Positions 40,591 to 54,660 of a stretch of DNA of 64,000 nt are shown here, piece by piece. The DNA comes from Octopus vulgaris (Eukaryota). Numbering within the stretch: the first letter of the stretch is position 1; each line of letters starts with the position of its first letter. The stretch spans positions 682,001-746,000 of the forward strand of contig OX597843.1 of assembly GCA_951406725.2 (NCBI GenBank), read 5' to 3'. Position numbers and translations under genes: made by a program. The notes under the pieces are model-generated. The model was given only the letters and a program-made list of their open reading frames with translations, had not been told where the DNA came from and made no database searches.

Positions 40591-40953
40591 GTTAGGCCTT
40601 CTCATGTAAACTCAAGCTTTCTCATGCCTTGAACATAAGACCAAAGCAGAGAATGTATTCTTTTATTCTTCTGCTTTTTCCAGCCATTGGTCTGTGGCCA
40701 TGCTGGGGCAATGCCTTGAAGAATTGTAGTTTAATGAATCAACTCCAGTTTTATTTTTGTAAGCATTGTACTTATTCTATCTGTTTCCTTTGTCAAACCA
40801 CTAGGTGACAGGGATGTAAACAAACCAACATTCGTTGTCAAGCAGTGGTGGAGGACAATCACAAGCACAGACACGCACACACACACATACATGCATACAC
40901 ATATACACACATACATACACATACATATATATATATGTGTGTATATATATATA

Positions 40954-41212
40954 TTGCAGCGTGGAAGGTGTTTGTAAGCCATTTAAGAAACACACAAAAA
41001 CCGTTACATTCACTTCAACATTTCAATTTAATTTGCCAAAATATTTTCGTCGCTTTCAGACCACGACCTGTTCACTGACAAAAATATCGTGCTAACAGGT
41101 CGCGGTCTCAAAGCGACGAAAATATTTTGACAAATTAAATTTAAATGTTGAAGTGAATCTAACGGTTTTTGTGTGTTTCTTAAATGGCTTATAAACACCT
41201 TCAACGCTGCAA
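40954..41212. repeat. ~118-bp-arm inverted repeat (Penelope-like fold-back; element runs to ~41278)
   Basis: ttgcagcgtggaaggtg...gacctgtt versus aacaggtc...caccttcaacgctgcaa with a few mismatches. Flanked by (AT)n. Confidence 0.9.
41034..41080 (-). ncRNA. Minimal type-I hammerhead-ribozyme-like motif, G3-C8 variant
   Basis: Minus strand: tgtca GTGAACA g gtcgt-ggtctgaaa-gcgac GAA AATATT T tggca. Stem I, stem II and a palindromic stem III are all present. Confidence 0.6.
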
Positions 41213-41376
41213 CTGTTTTCGTTCCAGCACACGATCTCAGATCAAGTCACTTGCTATGCAAGTACATCTCTGTAACTATATATATATTTATATATATATA
41301 TATATATGTATATTGGTAAAAACAGTAAGATAACAAAAGAAAGAAAGAGACCTCAATATTATGTAAATAGAGGAAA

Positions 41377-41771
41377 TCTTTATATATAAAAGTGAGGTTG
41401 TGTGTCTGTCTCCTACGATTTAGATTCCTAACTACTCCCACATTTTGCGGTGCAGTTTAACCAAAACCGGGTATCTTATAGTCGTGATTCATATCGAGAC
41501 CGTCTGGGTATTAGCGCGCGTCTACGATGAGTCTACGATTAAAAAAAAAATTTACCATCAATTTTTCCCATTTTTAATCCATTTTTGACATATATAAGGG
41601 AAGTAACTCTCTAAAATTTATTATTAAATCTCAGGAAGTAAAAAGCTACAGTAACACCCCTCCCCCTTTGTGGTTAGCCATATTGAGATGGCTATTATAC
41701 TTTACATCTCTAAAAATGCTTATATAATTATTTCCCTTACAAACCCGAGCAACGCCGGGCGATACTGCTAG
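41377..41771 (+). mobile_element. Non-autonomous Helitron
   Basis: A|TCTTTATATATAAAA start, subterminal hairpin cccgagcaacgccggg, CTAG|T end, no TSD. Confidence 0.85.
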
Positions 41772-41786
41772 TATATATATAAATAT

Positions 41787-41829
<43 letters not shown>

Positions 41830-42148
41830 TATACATATATATATATATACATACATATATATGTGGAGGTGCAATGGCCCAGTGGTTAGGGCAGCGGACT
41901 CGCGGTCATAGGATCGCGGTTTCGATTCCCAGACCGGGCATTGTGAGTGTTTATTGAGCGAAAACACATAAAAGCTCCACGAGGCTCCGGCAGGGAGTGG
42001 TGATCCCTGCTGTACTCTTTCACCACTCTTTCTCCCACTCTTTCTTCTGTTGGCCTGCTCACTTAGCCAGCGGGTTAAAACAATGCGAACGCCTTGTGAC
42101 CAGCGATGTGTAACAACATTTGAGGGTCTGATCGGTCAAGTGATCACA

Positions 42149-42223
<75 letters not shown>

Positions 42224-42794
42224 CACATATATATATATAAACATACAAACATACACACACACACATATATATACATATATACGATGGGCTTCTTTCAGTT
42301 TCCGTCTACCAAATCCACTCACAAGGCATTGGTTGGCCCAAGGCTATAGTAGAAGACACTTGCCCAAGGTGCCACACAGTGGGACTGAACCCGGAACCAT
42401 GTGGTTGGTAAACGAGCTACTTACCACACAGCCACTCCTGCATATATATATATATATATATATGCATATATACGATGGGCTTCTTTCAGTTTCCGTCTAC
42501 CAAATCCACTCACAAGGCTTTGGTCGGCCCGAGGCTATAGTAGAAGACACTTGCCCATGGTGCCATGCAGTGGCACTGAACCTGGAACTATGTGGTCGGT
42601 AAGCAAGCTACTTACCACAGAGCCACTCCTGCGCCTGTTAAATGTTAAATCATTTTTGAATGTTCTTTATTTTGAAGATCATGAATTCATCTGATGGAAA
42701 CAGTTTGTATATAATGACTTAAAGTTTTCATTAATCATTCAAAGGAGTTGTCAGAAATGGCCAGAACAGATTGACACCTAGGTCTCTACTGTTA

Positions 42795-42886
<92 letters not shown>

Positions 42887-43037
42887 GATGTATATATATA
42901 TATATGTGTGTGTGTGTATGTATGTATCTATATGTATATATGTATATATATGTATATAGATATATATGTATATATATATATATATATATATGTACATATA
43001 TATGTGTGTGTGTGTGTATATATATGTATATATATAT

Positions 43038-43096
<59 letters not shown>

Positions 43097-43239
43097 TGTA
43101 TATATATATATATGTGTGTGTGTGTGTATGTATGTATCTATATGTATATATGTATATATATGTATATAGATATATATGTATATATATATATATATATGTA
43201 CATATATATGTGTGTGTGTGTATATATATATGTATATAT

Positions 43240-43341
<102 letters not shown>

Positions 43342-43412
43342 ACACATATATATATATATATATATATGTACATATATATATGTGTGTGTGTGTATATATA
43401 TATATGTGTGTA

Positions 43413-43465
<53 letters not shown>

Positions 43466-44618
43466 CAGTGATTCATTCTGTCTCGAGGTGCCAGGCACAT
43501 GATACGAAAGAACTGCAATAATATTGACATCGACCATTCCCATTCACCTCGAGGCAAGTGTGTCTTGCTTGGTCTGGGATATTAAGTGTCCTTTAACACT
43601 TGGCATCGTGTAGGGGACTCCCCGAGGAAGCTACCCTGCAGCAAATTGACTTATAAACAAAACACGTACACTGAGTATTTGCGACCAATAATGAGATTTT
43701 AAAATATTTATATATTTTTAAATGAAATTAAATGCAATTCTTGTTGACAATATTATTCGTCTGCGTTTGCCCACGCTAAAGTATCAGACATTTGCCCAAG
43801 GGACTATACAGTGCATCTCCCTCACTTTCTCTCTCTCTCTCTTTATATATTACTCTTTACTCTTTTATTTGTTTCAGTCATTTGACTGTGGCCATGCTAG
43901 AGCACCGCCTTTAATCGAGCAACTCAACCCCGGGACTTATTCTTTTGTAAGCCCAGTACTTATTCTATCGGTCTCTTTTGCCGAACCACTAAGTAATGGG
44001 GACATAAACACACCAGCATCGGTTGTCAAGCAATGCTAGTGGGACAAACACACACACGCATATATATATATATATACATATATACGATGGGCTTCTTTTC
44101 AGTTTCCGTCTACCAAATCCACTCACAAGGCTTTGGTCGGCCCGAGGCTATAGTAGAAGACACTTGCCCAAGGTGCCACGCAGTGGGACTGAACACGGAA
44201 CCATGTGGTTGGTAAGCAAGCTACTTACCACACAGCCACTCCTGTATATATGTATATAATCTTTCTTTTTTTTACTTTCTTTTACTTGTTTCAGTCATTT
44301 GACTGCGGCCATGCTGGAGCACCACCTTTAATCGAACAAATCAACCTGGGGGCTTATCCTTTGTAAGCCTAGTACTTATTCTATTGGTCTCTTTTACTGA
44401 ACCGCTAAGTAACGGGGGACGTAAACACACCAACATCGGTTGTCCTGCAATGGTGGTGGGGACAAACACAGACACACAAACATATACATACACACACATG
44501 TATATATATATAGACCACAGGCTTCTTCAGTTTCTGTCTACCAAATCCACTCACAAGGCTTTGGTCAGCCTGCGGCTATAGTAGAAGACACTTGCCCAAG
44601 GTGCCTTTAGCAGAAAGG

Positions 44619-44669
<51 letters not shown>

Positions 44670-44776
44670 TTCATATGCACACAACAGATTAGACTGTTGG
44701 AAAAGAAGAAAAAATCTTAACATCAGGCTACAAGTAACCTTAGATGCCAAGAACCCACCTAAGTATGCTATTATTA

Positions 44777-44814
<38 letters not shown>

Positions 44815-44973
44815 GAGTTAGCAGAATCGCTAGTGCACTGAGTTCAATTTCCACCGAGGTCGATCCTTTTGGGCTTTCAGGGTCAATAAAATAAGTACCT
44901 GTTGAACACTGGGGTCGATATAATCAATTCATCCCCTCCCTCAAGATTGCTGCCCTTGTGGCAAACTTGAAAC

Positions 44974-45043
<70 letters not shown>

Positions 45044-45751
45044 GAGTGAGAGAGCAGTTCATGCCATCAAAGTGACACTGGGGTAAAATATTCAAAGCCC
45101 AATATACCCATCATGACTACCCGTCTGATAAGGGTACACCAGGCACATGCATCACAGCCATATGTGCGCGACATGGTGATCTCATATCAAGATAAACAGC
45201 ACATGACCTTGCAGGTGGGGCCCAGTTAGCATTTTATTCAGGTTGAGTAGCCCATTCCGCTCAAACGGTCCCTGAATAAGGGTTGTTTAAGGATGTTGAA
45301 AGAACCACCCATGTTTCCATAGGTGAATTATTCAAACCCCAAAGAATCCCTCTCAACACATGGCTATGATGCTCCCCCACTACTTCAGCTCGTGATCAGA
45401 GATGCACATATCGTCAGCCACTAAGGGACATGCTCAACTGGTTAAGGTCAAACAGCTGACAAGCAAATCTGTGGTATTGAGCAGAATATTATTATTATTA
45501 TTATTATTAAGGTGGTAAGCTGGCAGAATTGTTAACAACGCCAGGTAAAATGCTTAGCAGTATTTCATTTACCACTACGCTTTGAGTTCAAATTCCGCCG
45601 AGGTCGACTTTGCCTTTCATCCTTTAGGGGTCGATTAAATAAGTACCAAGTTACACACTGGAGTCGATAAAATCTACTTACTCCCTCCCCCAAAATTTCA
45701 GGCCTTGTGCCTATAATAGAAAGGATTGTTATTATTACTATTATTATTACG

Positions 45752-46284
45752 ATCATGGCCGTTGCCAGTCTCACCTGGTCCCCATGCCGGTGGCACGTAA
45801 AAAGCACCATCCAACCGTGGCCGTTTGCCAGCCTTGCCTGGCCCCCATGCCGGTGGCACCACGTAAAAAGCACCATCCAACCGTGGCCGTTTGCCAGCCT
45901 TGCCTGGCCCCCATGCCGGTGGCACATAAAAAGCACCATCCAACCGTGGCCGTTTGCCAGCCTTGCCTGGCCCCCATGCCGGTGGCACGTAAAATGCACC
46001 ATCTGATCATGGCCATTGCCAGCCTTGCCTGGCCCCTGTGCCGGTGGCACGTAAAAAGCACCATCCAACCGTAGCCGTTTGCCAGCCTCGTCTGGCACCT
46101 GTGCAGGTGGCACGTAAAAAGCACCCACTATACTCACGGAGTGGTTGGCGTTAGGAAAGGCATCCAGCCGTAGAAACATTGCCCGATCAGACTGGAGCCT
46201 GGTGCAGCCTCCTGGCTTCCCAGACCCTGGTCGAACCATCCAACCCATGCTAGCATGGAAAGCGGACGCTAAATGATGATGATG

Positions 46285-46285
<1 letters not shown>
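45752..46285 (+). mobile_element. RTE 3' UTR with ~56-bp tandem unit (about 5 copies)
   Basis: Repeated ccatgccggtggcacgtaaaaagcaccatccaaccgtggccgtttgccagccttgcctggcc followed by the standard tail. Confidence 0.85.
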
Positions 46286-46322
<37 letters not shown>

Positions 46323-46758
46323 CACTATTATCATTATTACTATTATTATTATTATTATCATTATTATTATTATTATTATCATTATTACTATCATTATTAT
46401 TATTATTACTATTACTTTTTTTTTCTTCTTTCAAATTTGCTTCCATTTCTTGCCGAGTGTCTTCCCGACTCCTAGGGCAAAGAAACTCATAGTATACATT
46501 GGTAGGCCATTAAACCAAACTCAGTAGTTTGTTCATTTTTTTTTTTTTTTTTAAGTTAAATTAAAATACATGAGCAGCAACAGTTCTCACATCGACAATG
46601 CTCTTCTCAATACGGGTGATGTACCAGTTAAGACAATCTTTTGCACTTCTTGCAGGGATGGTAAGCCAGGGATCATTCTATTATTATTATTATTATTATC
46701 ATTATTATCATTATTACTATTATCATTATTACTATTATTATTATTATTATTGTCATAC

Positions 46759-46810
46759 CTGATTCTTACTACTAGCTCTATCTCTACTACTACCACTGGT
46801 ACCACTACTT

Positions 46811-46847
<37 letters not shown>

Positions 46848-47201
46848 CAGTTGTAGTAGTAGTCGTTGCACCAGTTGCACTAGTGGCACCAGCTGCAGAA
46901 GCTGCTGTGTCAGAGCCTGAGGACGCTGCACTCTGTCGTGGTGGCACGGGAATCTCTGGGCAAGGTTTCAATCCCACACCGCCTGCTCTTCTCTTCAGTA
47001 TCATTTGGATATGGAAGCTGCCGTAGTTGTTTCTAACATTATTGTTGTTGCTGTTGTTGTTGTTGTTAGTGCGGTTGTTGTTGCTGTCGTTGCTGCTGCT
47101 GCTGCTGCTACTGCTGATGTCCAGTGTGACAAGGGAGGGAATCACTGATGACTGTGGTTTGGTGGCGCTGGTCAGCGATGCGATACGCAACATCACTGGC
47201 T
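46759..47201 (-). CDS. ADAM/ADAMTS-like (M12B) precursor, first visible coding exon (prodomain N-terminal part with poly-S/N/T expansions)
   Basis: Acceptor tctattttctgttttgcag|AG CCA GTG ATG (phase 1). Donor AAT CAG|gtatga (phase 0). 443 nt open: xPVMLRIASLTSATKPQSSVIPSLVTLDI...GSFHIQMILKRR...SSKNQ. Phase matches the next exon. Confidence 0.75.
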
Positions 47202-47455
47202 CTGCAAAACAGAAAATAGAGTAACGCTTAGTAGTTAATTGTGTGCGTATGCATGTGTTTGTGTGTGTCTGTGTCTGTGTGAGTATGTGAAAGAAAGAAA
47301 GAAAGAAAAAGAGAGAGAGAGAGAGAGAGTTATATAGTGTGGAGCTTTTGACCTGAGGTCAGTAAAACATTCCTGGACGAAATGCCACTAAGCATTTTGC
47401 TGGGCGTGCCACCGATTCTGCCAGCTTGCTGCCTTGAATAATAATAATAATAATA

Positions 47456-47529
<74 letters not shown>

Positions 47530-48415
47530 GGTGGTGATGATGATGATGATGATGGTGATGGTGATGATGATGATGATGATGGTGGTGATGATGATGATGA
47601 TGATGATGGTGATGATGATGGTGATGATGATGATGATGATGATGATGGCAAAATACTTTCTATGTAATCTCAAGTTTTAAAAACAAACATAATTAAAAAA
47701 ATTTTTTTTTTAGGCATTCACTAGTACAACACTAAATACAAAACCAAATGTATGGCACACTAGGCATAACAACAATACAAACTTCCAACCTGTTGTCTCT
47801 TGAGGTCTCTGGGTGAGACTTGGAGCCAACTTGTACAAATATAAAGCAAAAGTCAAACATAGAATGAAAATAATAATAATAATTACAACAATAATAATAA
47901 TAGTAATAATCCTTTCTGCTATAGCCGTGTGTTGAAAAGAATTCTTGGAGGTTTGGATAATTCACCTTTGGAAACATGGGCGGTTCGTTCAACATCCTTA
48001 AAGAATCCCTTTTCAGGGACCTTTTGAGTGAGATGGGCTACTCAACCTGAAGAAAATTCTAACTGGGCCCCACCTGCAAGGTCATATATATATATTACGT
48101 GACCGACCAGACCATCAGATGTTGTTACACATCGCTGGTCACAATGCATTCGCATTGTTTTAGCCTTCGAATGACACCACCCCGCTGGCTAAGCGAGCAG
48201 GCCAACAGAAGAAAGAGTGGGAGAAAGAGTGGTGAAAGAGTACAGCAGGGATCACCACCCCCTGCCGGAGCCTCATGGAGCTTTTAGGTGTTTTCGCTCA
48301 ATAAACACTCACAACACCCGGTCTGGGAATCGAAACCGCGATCCTACGACCGCGAGTCCACTGCCCTAACCACTGGGCCATTGCGCCTCCACTCATATAT
48401 ATATATATATATATC

Positions 48416-48462
<47 letters not shown>

Positions 48463-48503
48463 CATATATATATATATACATATGTATATACATATATATA
48501 TAC

Positions 48504-48554
<51 letters not shown>

Positions 48555-48651
48555 CATATATACATATATATATATATATACAAATGATGATGATGATGAT
48601 GATGATATACATATATATATACATATATATATATATATACATATATATATC

Positions 48652-49895
48652 AGACTGTATGATGCATGTGTACGAACAGCCATGCTACATGGCAGCGAAA
48701 CATGGGCCGTGACTGCTGAGGACATGCGTAAGCTCGTGAGGAATGAAGCCAGTATGCTCCGATGGATGTGTAATGTCAGTGTACATACTCGACAGAGCGT
48801 TAGCACCTTGAGAGAAATGTTGTACCTAAGAAGCATCAGTTGTGGTGTGCAAGAGAGACGATTGCGCTGGTATGGTCATGTGGCGAGAATGGATGAAGAT
48901 AGGTGTGTGAGAAAGTGCCAATCCCTAGCAGTTGAGGGAACCCGTGGAAGAGGTAGACCCAGGAAAACCTGGGACGAGGTGGTGAAGCACAACCTTCGAA
49001 CTTTAGGCCTCACTGAGGAAATGACCAGAGACCGAGACCTTTGGAAATATTCTGTACGTGAGAAGACCAGGCAGGACAAGTGAGCCCAGCCCACTTATGA
49101 ATGCCTTTCCTCCCTTGGACACAAAGACCGGTTGAGGTAAGCGAAGTCGATATAGAACCTCATCCGACGACAGACACCCATGCCAACCCCCATGCTTGCG
49201 AAGACATGTTGGGGCAAGCGAAATCGAAATCGAAACCGAATTGAACCAGCCAGGATCCCTGGCCTGGTGGTACGTAAAAAGCACTATCCGACTCGTGGCC
49301 ATGGCACGTAAAATACTCCAATGCGACCGTACGACAGGCACCCATGCCAACCCCCTTTGCTTGTGAAGACATGTTGGGGCAAGCGAAATCGAAATCGAAT
49401 TGAACCAGCCAGGATCCCTGGTCTGGTGGTACGTAAAAAGCACTATCCGACTCGTGGCCGTGGCACGTAAAATACTCCAATGCGACCATACGACAGGCAC
49501 CCTTGCCAACCCCCTTTGCTTGTGAAGACATGTTGGGGCAAGCGAAATCGAAATCGAATTGAACCAGCCAGGATCCCTGGTCTGGTGGTACGTAAAAAGC
49601 ACTATCCGACTCGTGGCCGATGCCAGCACCGCCTCGACTGGGTTCCGTGCCGGTGGCACATAAAATACACCAATCTGACCGTGGCCGTTGCCAGCCCCGC
49701 CTGGCACCTGTGCAGGTGGCACGTAAAAAGCACCCACTACACTCACGGAGTGGTTGGCGTTAGGAAGGGCATCCAGCTGTAGAAACATTGCCAGATTAGA
49801 CTGGAGCCTGGTGCAGCCTTCTGGCTTCCCAGAACCCCGGTCGAACCGTCCAACCCATGCTAGCATGGAGAACGGACGTTAAACGACGATGATGA
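48652..49895 (+). mobile_element. 5'-truncated RTE-clade LINE: end of ORF plus 3' UTR with internal ~170-bp triplication and (GAT)n tail
   Basis: ORF 48682-49083 MLHGSETW...[12 protein letters not shown]...GRGRPRKTW is the typical RTE C-terminus. Ends ggacgttaaacgacgatgatgat. Confidence 0.9.
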
Positions 49896-50288
49896 TATAT
49901 ATATACACATATACATATATATACACATATACATATATATATATATATATATGAAAACAATGTGGTTGGTGCCAGTGTTGCATAACCAGTACCCAGGCCA
50001 ATATCACATAAAATGTACCATTCAAGCGTTGGGTCTCAAAGAAATAATGACCCCTCAAGCCAAGTGAGATCGTAGTGATGACAGATACCAGTGACATGCA
50101 ACTCGTACCCAGGCCAGTGGCACGTACAAAACACCCAGTACACTCTTGAAGTGGTTGGTGTTAAGGAGAGCATCCAGCCATAGAAACCATGGCAAATCAG
50201 ACTGGAGTCTGGTGCAGCCCCCTCAGCTTTTCCAACCCATGCCAGCATCGACAACAGATGTTAAACGGTTGTGGTGATGAGGATGAGG

Positions 50289-50336
<48 letters not shown>

Positions 50337-50339
50337 ATG

Positions 50340-50371
<32 letters not shown>

Positions 50372-50421
50372 GATGATGGTGATGATGGTGGTGGTGATGA
50401 TGATGATGGTGGTGGTGGTGG

Positions 50422-50456
<35 letters not shown>

Positions 50457-50475
50457 GTGGTGATGATGATGATGG

Positions 50476-50534
<59 letters not shown>

Positions 50535-52062
50535 GTGGTGATGATGATGATGATGATGATGATGATTAATGTTGTTGATATACTTTTCCACTGTGTGTTC
50601 ACGTTACATAGATACAAGGAAAACTGAAAAAATTTAATAATTTTACATTTTTTGCCAAATATCTTTGTGCTTCTTATAAAAAAATAATGATGCAAATATT
50701 CATTTTCAAAACTACAAACGTATATTAAATTAAAGAATATAAAATTACATGAAATGTAATTTCTCATTTGTATATTTGTGATAAATATATATTATCAATA
50801 ACTGTAATACTGTTTAACTATCAATTAATTGCAGATGTTACATATTGATTGATATCCATATAAGCTAGTGTGGTACATTTTAGTGTGACCAAGCAACCAA
50901 CAGTATATATTTTTATTATAGTTGTTGAGGGGGTGGTGAACTGGCAGAGGAGTGACTTGAACAAAATACTACCAGGTTTTCTTGTAGTCATTAAAAAAAT
51001 AAACCAATACTAGACTAGTTGTCAAATGGTATAGAGCATAGGTTCTCAAAGTGGGTGCTACCACCCCCTTGGTGGGCATTGAGATGGTCCAGGGGGCGGT
51101 GGGGGTACAGTAGAGAAAAAGTCGATGTTTGGAGGAAGGCAGTGAATTGGGGGACGCTATGAATTTATTATAATATAATATTGTATACAAATTATACATG
51201 GAGGCGCATGGCTTAGTGGTTAGGATGTCAGCATCAGGATCGTAAGATTGTGGTTTCGATTCCTGGACCAGGCAGCACATTGTGTTCTTGAGCAAAACAC
51301 TTCATTTCATGTTGCTCCAGTCCACTCAGCTGGAAGTGAGATAGATACATACATACATACACACATACATACATACATACATACAGATATATATAGATAG
51401 ACAACAGATATATAGGCAAGCAGACAGACAGACAAACAGACAGATAGACAGATAGATAGATACATAGACAAACAGATACAGATAGACAGACAGACAAATA
51501 GATAGACAGGTAGATAGATAGATAGATAGACAGCTAGATAGATAGATAGATATATGGTGAGCTTCCATATTGTTTCTCTTTACCAAATACACTCACAAAG
51601 CATTGATCGGCCCCAAGGCCATAAGTTGAAGGAATTCTTCCAAGGTGCTGCAGAATGGGACTGAACTTAAAACCAAGAGGTTAGAAGTAAACTTTTCAAC
51701 CACACTACCATTCTTACACACATAAGTACAACAATATTAGTTTGTTTTTTTTTCTATTAAATTTCATTGTGCTAATTAAACGAATACTAATTTTCCAAAT
51801 TAGAAATATTGATTAAATTACAATGAATTTAATTAAAACAAAATTTCTCATTTGTATATTTGCAATAAATATATGTTATCGATAACCATAATACTGTTTA
51901 ACCATCAATTAATTACAGATGTCATATACTGATTAATATCCATTTTAAAAGATAGCATGACCAAGCAACCAGCAATGAGAATTATTAGTATTGACTGTTG
52001 ACGATAATATGATTTACAATGAGCTGAGATTTATTTAGCAAGCAATGCTCTTTCATATTATA

Positions 52063-52579
52063 CTAGCAGTATCGCCCGGCGTTGCTCAGGTTTGTAAGGG
52101 AAATAACTATATAAGCATTTTTAGAGAGTTACTTCCTTTATAGATGCCAATTCGGGCTTTCTTAGCCATTTCTGTTTTGGTGTCTTCAAGCCATGAAGTC
52201 GTTGTTCTAAAAGAACGCTGGTCTCCTTGACAACGCATTACGACGTTGATTTCTTTACACTCCCTTCCCCACAGCTTCACGAGGGAGGGAAGAAGGGGGA
52301 GAAGCAAACACAGGTGCAGGTGTTTGAGCGTGGACGCCAACTCCGCCGCCATCGACACACGAAAAATTATGCATTAAAATGGAATAAAAAATGATGTTAA
52401 ATTATTTTTAAAATCGTAGACTCATCGTAGACGCGCGCTAATACACAGACGAGCTCGATATTAATCACGACTATAAGATACCCGAATTTGGTTAAACTGC
52501 ACCGCAAAATGTGGGAATAGTTAGGAATCTAAATCGTAGGAGACAGACACTCACACAACTACAGTTTTATATATATAGA
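52063..52579 (-). mobile_element. Non-autonomous Helitron, same family as 41377-41771
   Basis: Same 5' TC and 3' hairpin-CTAG termini. Shares the ~190-bp 5' segment; the internal segment differs. Confidence 0.85.
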
Positions 52580-52609
52580 TATGTGTCTGTGAGCATGTGC
52601 ATATATATG

Positions 52610-52663
<54 letters not shown>

Positions 52664-52664
52664 A

Positions 52665-53025
52665 CCCTAGCGGTTGAGGGAACCTGTGGAAGAGGTAGAC
52701 CCAGGAAAACCTGGGATGAGGTGGTGAAGCATGACCTTCGAACATCAGGACTCACCGTGGCAATGACTAGTGACCGAGACCTTTGGAAGTATGCTGTGCC
52801 TGAGAAGACCCGGCAGGACAAGTAAGACCATAACCCGTGGCCTCTACCGGGGACGTAGTCAGTCCACTTATGCATACCTTTCCTTCTTGTGACACAAACT
52901 CTACTTGTGAAGACCTGTTGAGGCAAGTGAGAATCGAAATCGAAATCGATCAAAAATCAATGGAAATTGTGGTTGTAATACCAGTGCCGGTGGCACGTAA
53001 GAGAACCATCCGAACGTGGCCGTTG
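52665..53025 (+). mobile_element. RTE LINE fragment (ORF end plus part of 3' UTR)
   Basis: Similar to 48924-49085 (ccctagcggttgagggaacctgtggaagaggtagacccaggaaaacctggga...). Confidence 0.85.
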
Positions 53026-53235
53026 CTACTATATCTACTACTACTACTACAATGGCAACTACTATTTCTACTACTACTACTACTACTACTGTTTCTACTA
53101 CTACTACTACTACTGCTACTGCTACTACTACTACTACTACCACCACCACCACCACAACCACTATTTCTACTACTACTACTACTGCTGCTACTACTGCTAT
53201 TACTACTACTACTACTACTATTCCTACTACTGCTG

Positions 53236-53268
<33 letters not shown>

Positions 53269-53489
53269 TTTCTACTACTACTACTACTGCTACTACTACT
53301 ACTACCACCACCACCATCATCACTACCTCTCTTTCTCTCGCCCCAGCTTCCACCATTCTCACCACCACCATCTTCTGCTGACTATCACTCCTTTCCCCTC
53401 TCTCTTTGCCTCTACCCTCTCTTCAACAACACCACCACCACCACCAATATCTTCTGCTCCTTCCTCTCCCCGCTCTTCACCATCTCCAC

Positions 53490-54660
53490 CACTGCCACCA
53501 ATACCTTCTCCTGGCCATCACTCCCTCCTCTCCCCCTCTCTCTCTCTCTCTCCCTGCTCTTCACCAGCCACACCACCACCAATATCTTCTACTGACCATC
53601 ACTCTCTCCTCTCCCCTCTCTCTGTAAATCCTCTCTTCACCCCCCCAATACCTTCTCCTGGCCATCACTCCCTCCTCTCCACTCCTCTCTCTGTATCTCT
53701 CTCTCTCTTCACCACCACCACCACCACCAATACCTTCTGCTGGCCATCACTCCCTCCTCTCCCCTCTATCTCTCTCTCTCTCTGTATCTCTCCTCTCTTC
53801 ACCACCACCACCACCACCACCACCAATACCTTCTCCTGGCCATCACTCCCTCCTCTCCCCTCTATCTCTCTCTCTCTCTGTATCTCTCCTCTCTTCACCA
53901 CCACCACCACCACCAATACCTTCTGCTGACCATCACTCCCTCCTCTCCCCTCTATCTCTCTCTCTCTCTGTATCTCTCCTCTCTTCACCACCACCACCAC
54001 CACCAATACCTTCTGCTGACCATCACTCCCTCCTCTCCCCTCTATCTCTCTCTCTCTCTGTATCTCTCCTCTCTTCACCACCACCACCACCACCACCACC
54101 AATTCTGCTGACCATCACTCCCTCCTCTCCTCTATCTCTCTCTCTCTCTGTATCTCTCCTCTCTTCACCACCACCACCACCACCAATACCTTCTGCTGAC
54201 CATCACTCCCTCCTCTCCCCTCTCTCTCTCTCTCTCCACCACCACCACCAATACCTTCTGCTGACCATCACTCCCTCCTCTCCCTTCCCCTTTCTCTCTC
54301 TCCTCTCCTCTCTTCACCACCACCACCCCCAATACCTTCTGCTGACCATCACTCCCTCCGCTCCACCACCACCACCACCACCACCACCACCACCACCACC
54401 ACCAATACCTTCTGCTGACCATCACTCCCTCCTCTCCCCTCTATCTCTCCTCTCTTCACCACCACCACCACCACCAATACCTTCTGCTGACCATCACTCC
54501 CTCCTCTCCCCTCTATCTCTCTCTGTATCTCTCCTCTCTTCAACACCACCACCCCCAATGCCTTCTGCTGACCATCACTCCCTCCTCTCCTCTCTTCACC
54601 ACCACCCCCAATACATTCTCCTGGCCATCACTCCCTCCTCTCCCTTCCCCTTTCTCTATC
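53490..54660. repeat. Pyrimidine-rich minisatellite, ~60-90 bp variable unit
   Basis: Repeated caccaataccttctgctgaccatcactccctcctctcccctctatctctc. Confidence 0.92.

Noticed and set aside
43548-43635. Possible extra prodomain exon
   Set aside because: Stops in the frames from the best acceptor, and phases do not fit the 0/0 junction between 46759 and 38230.
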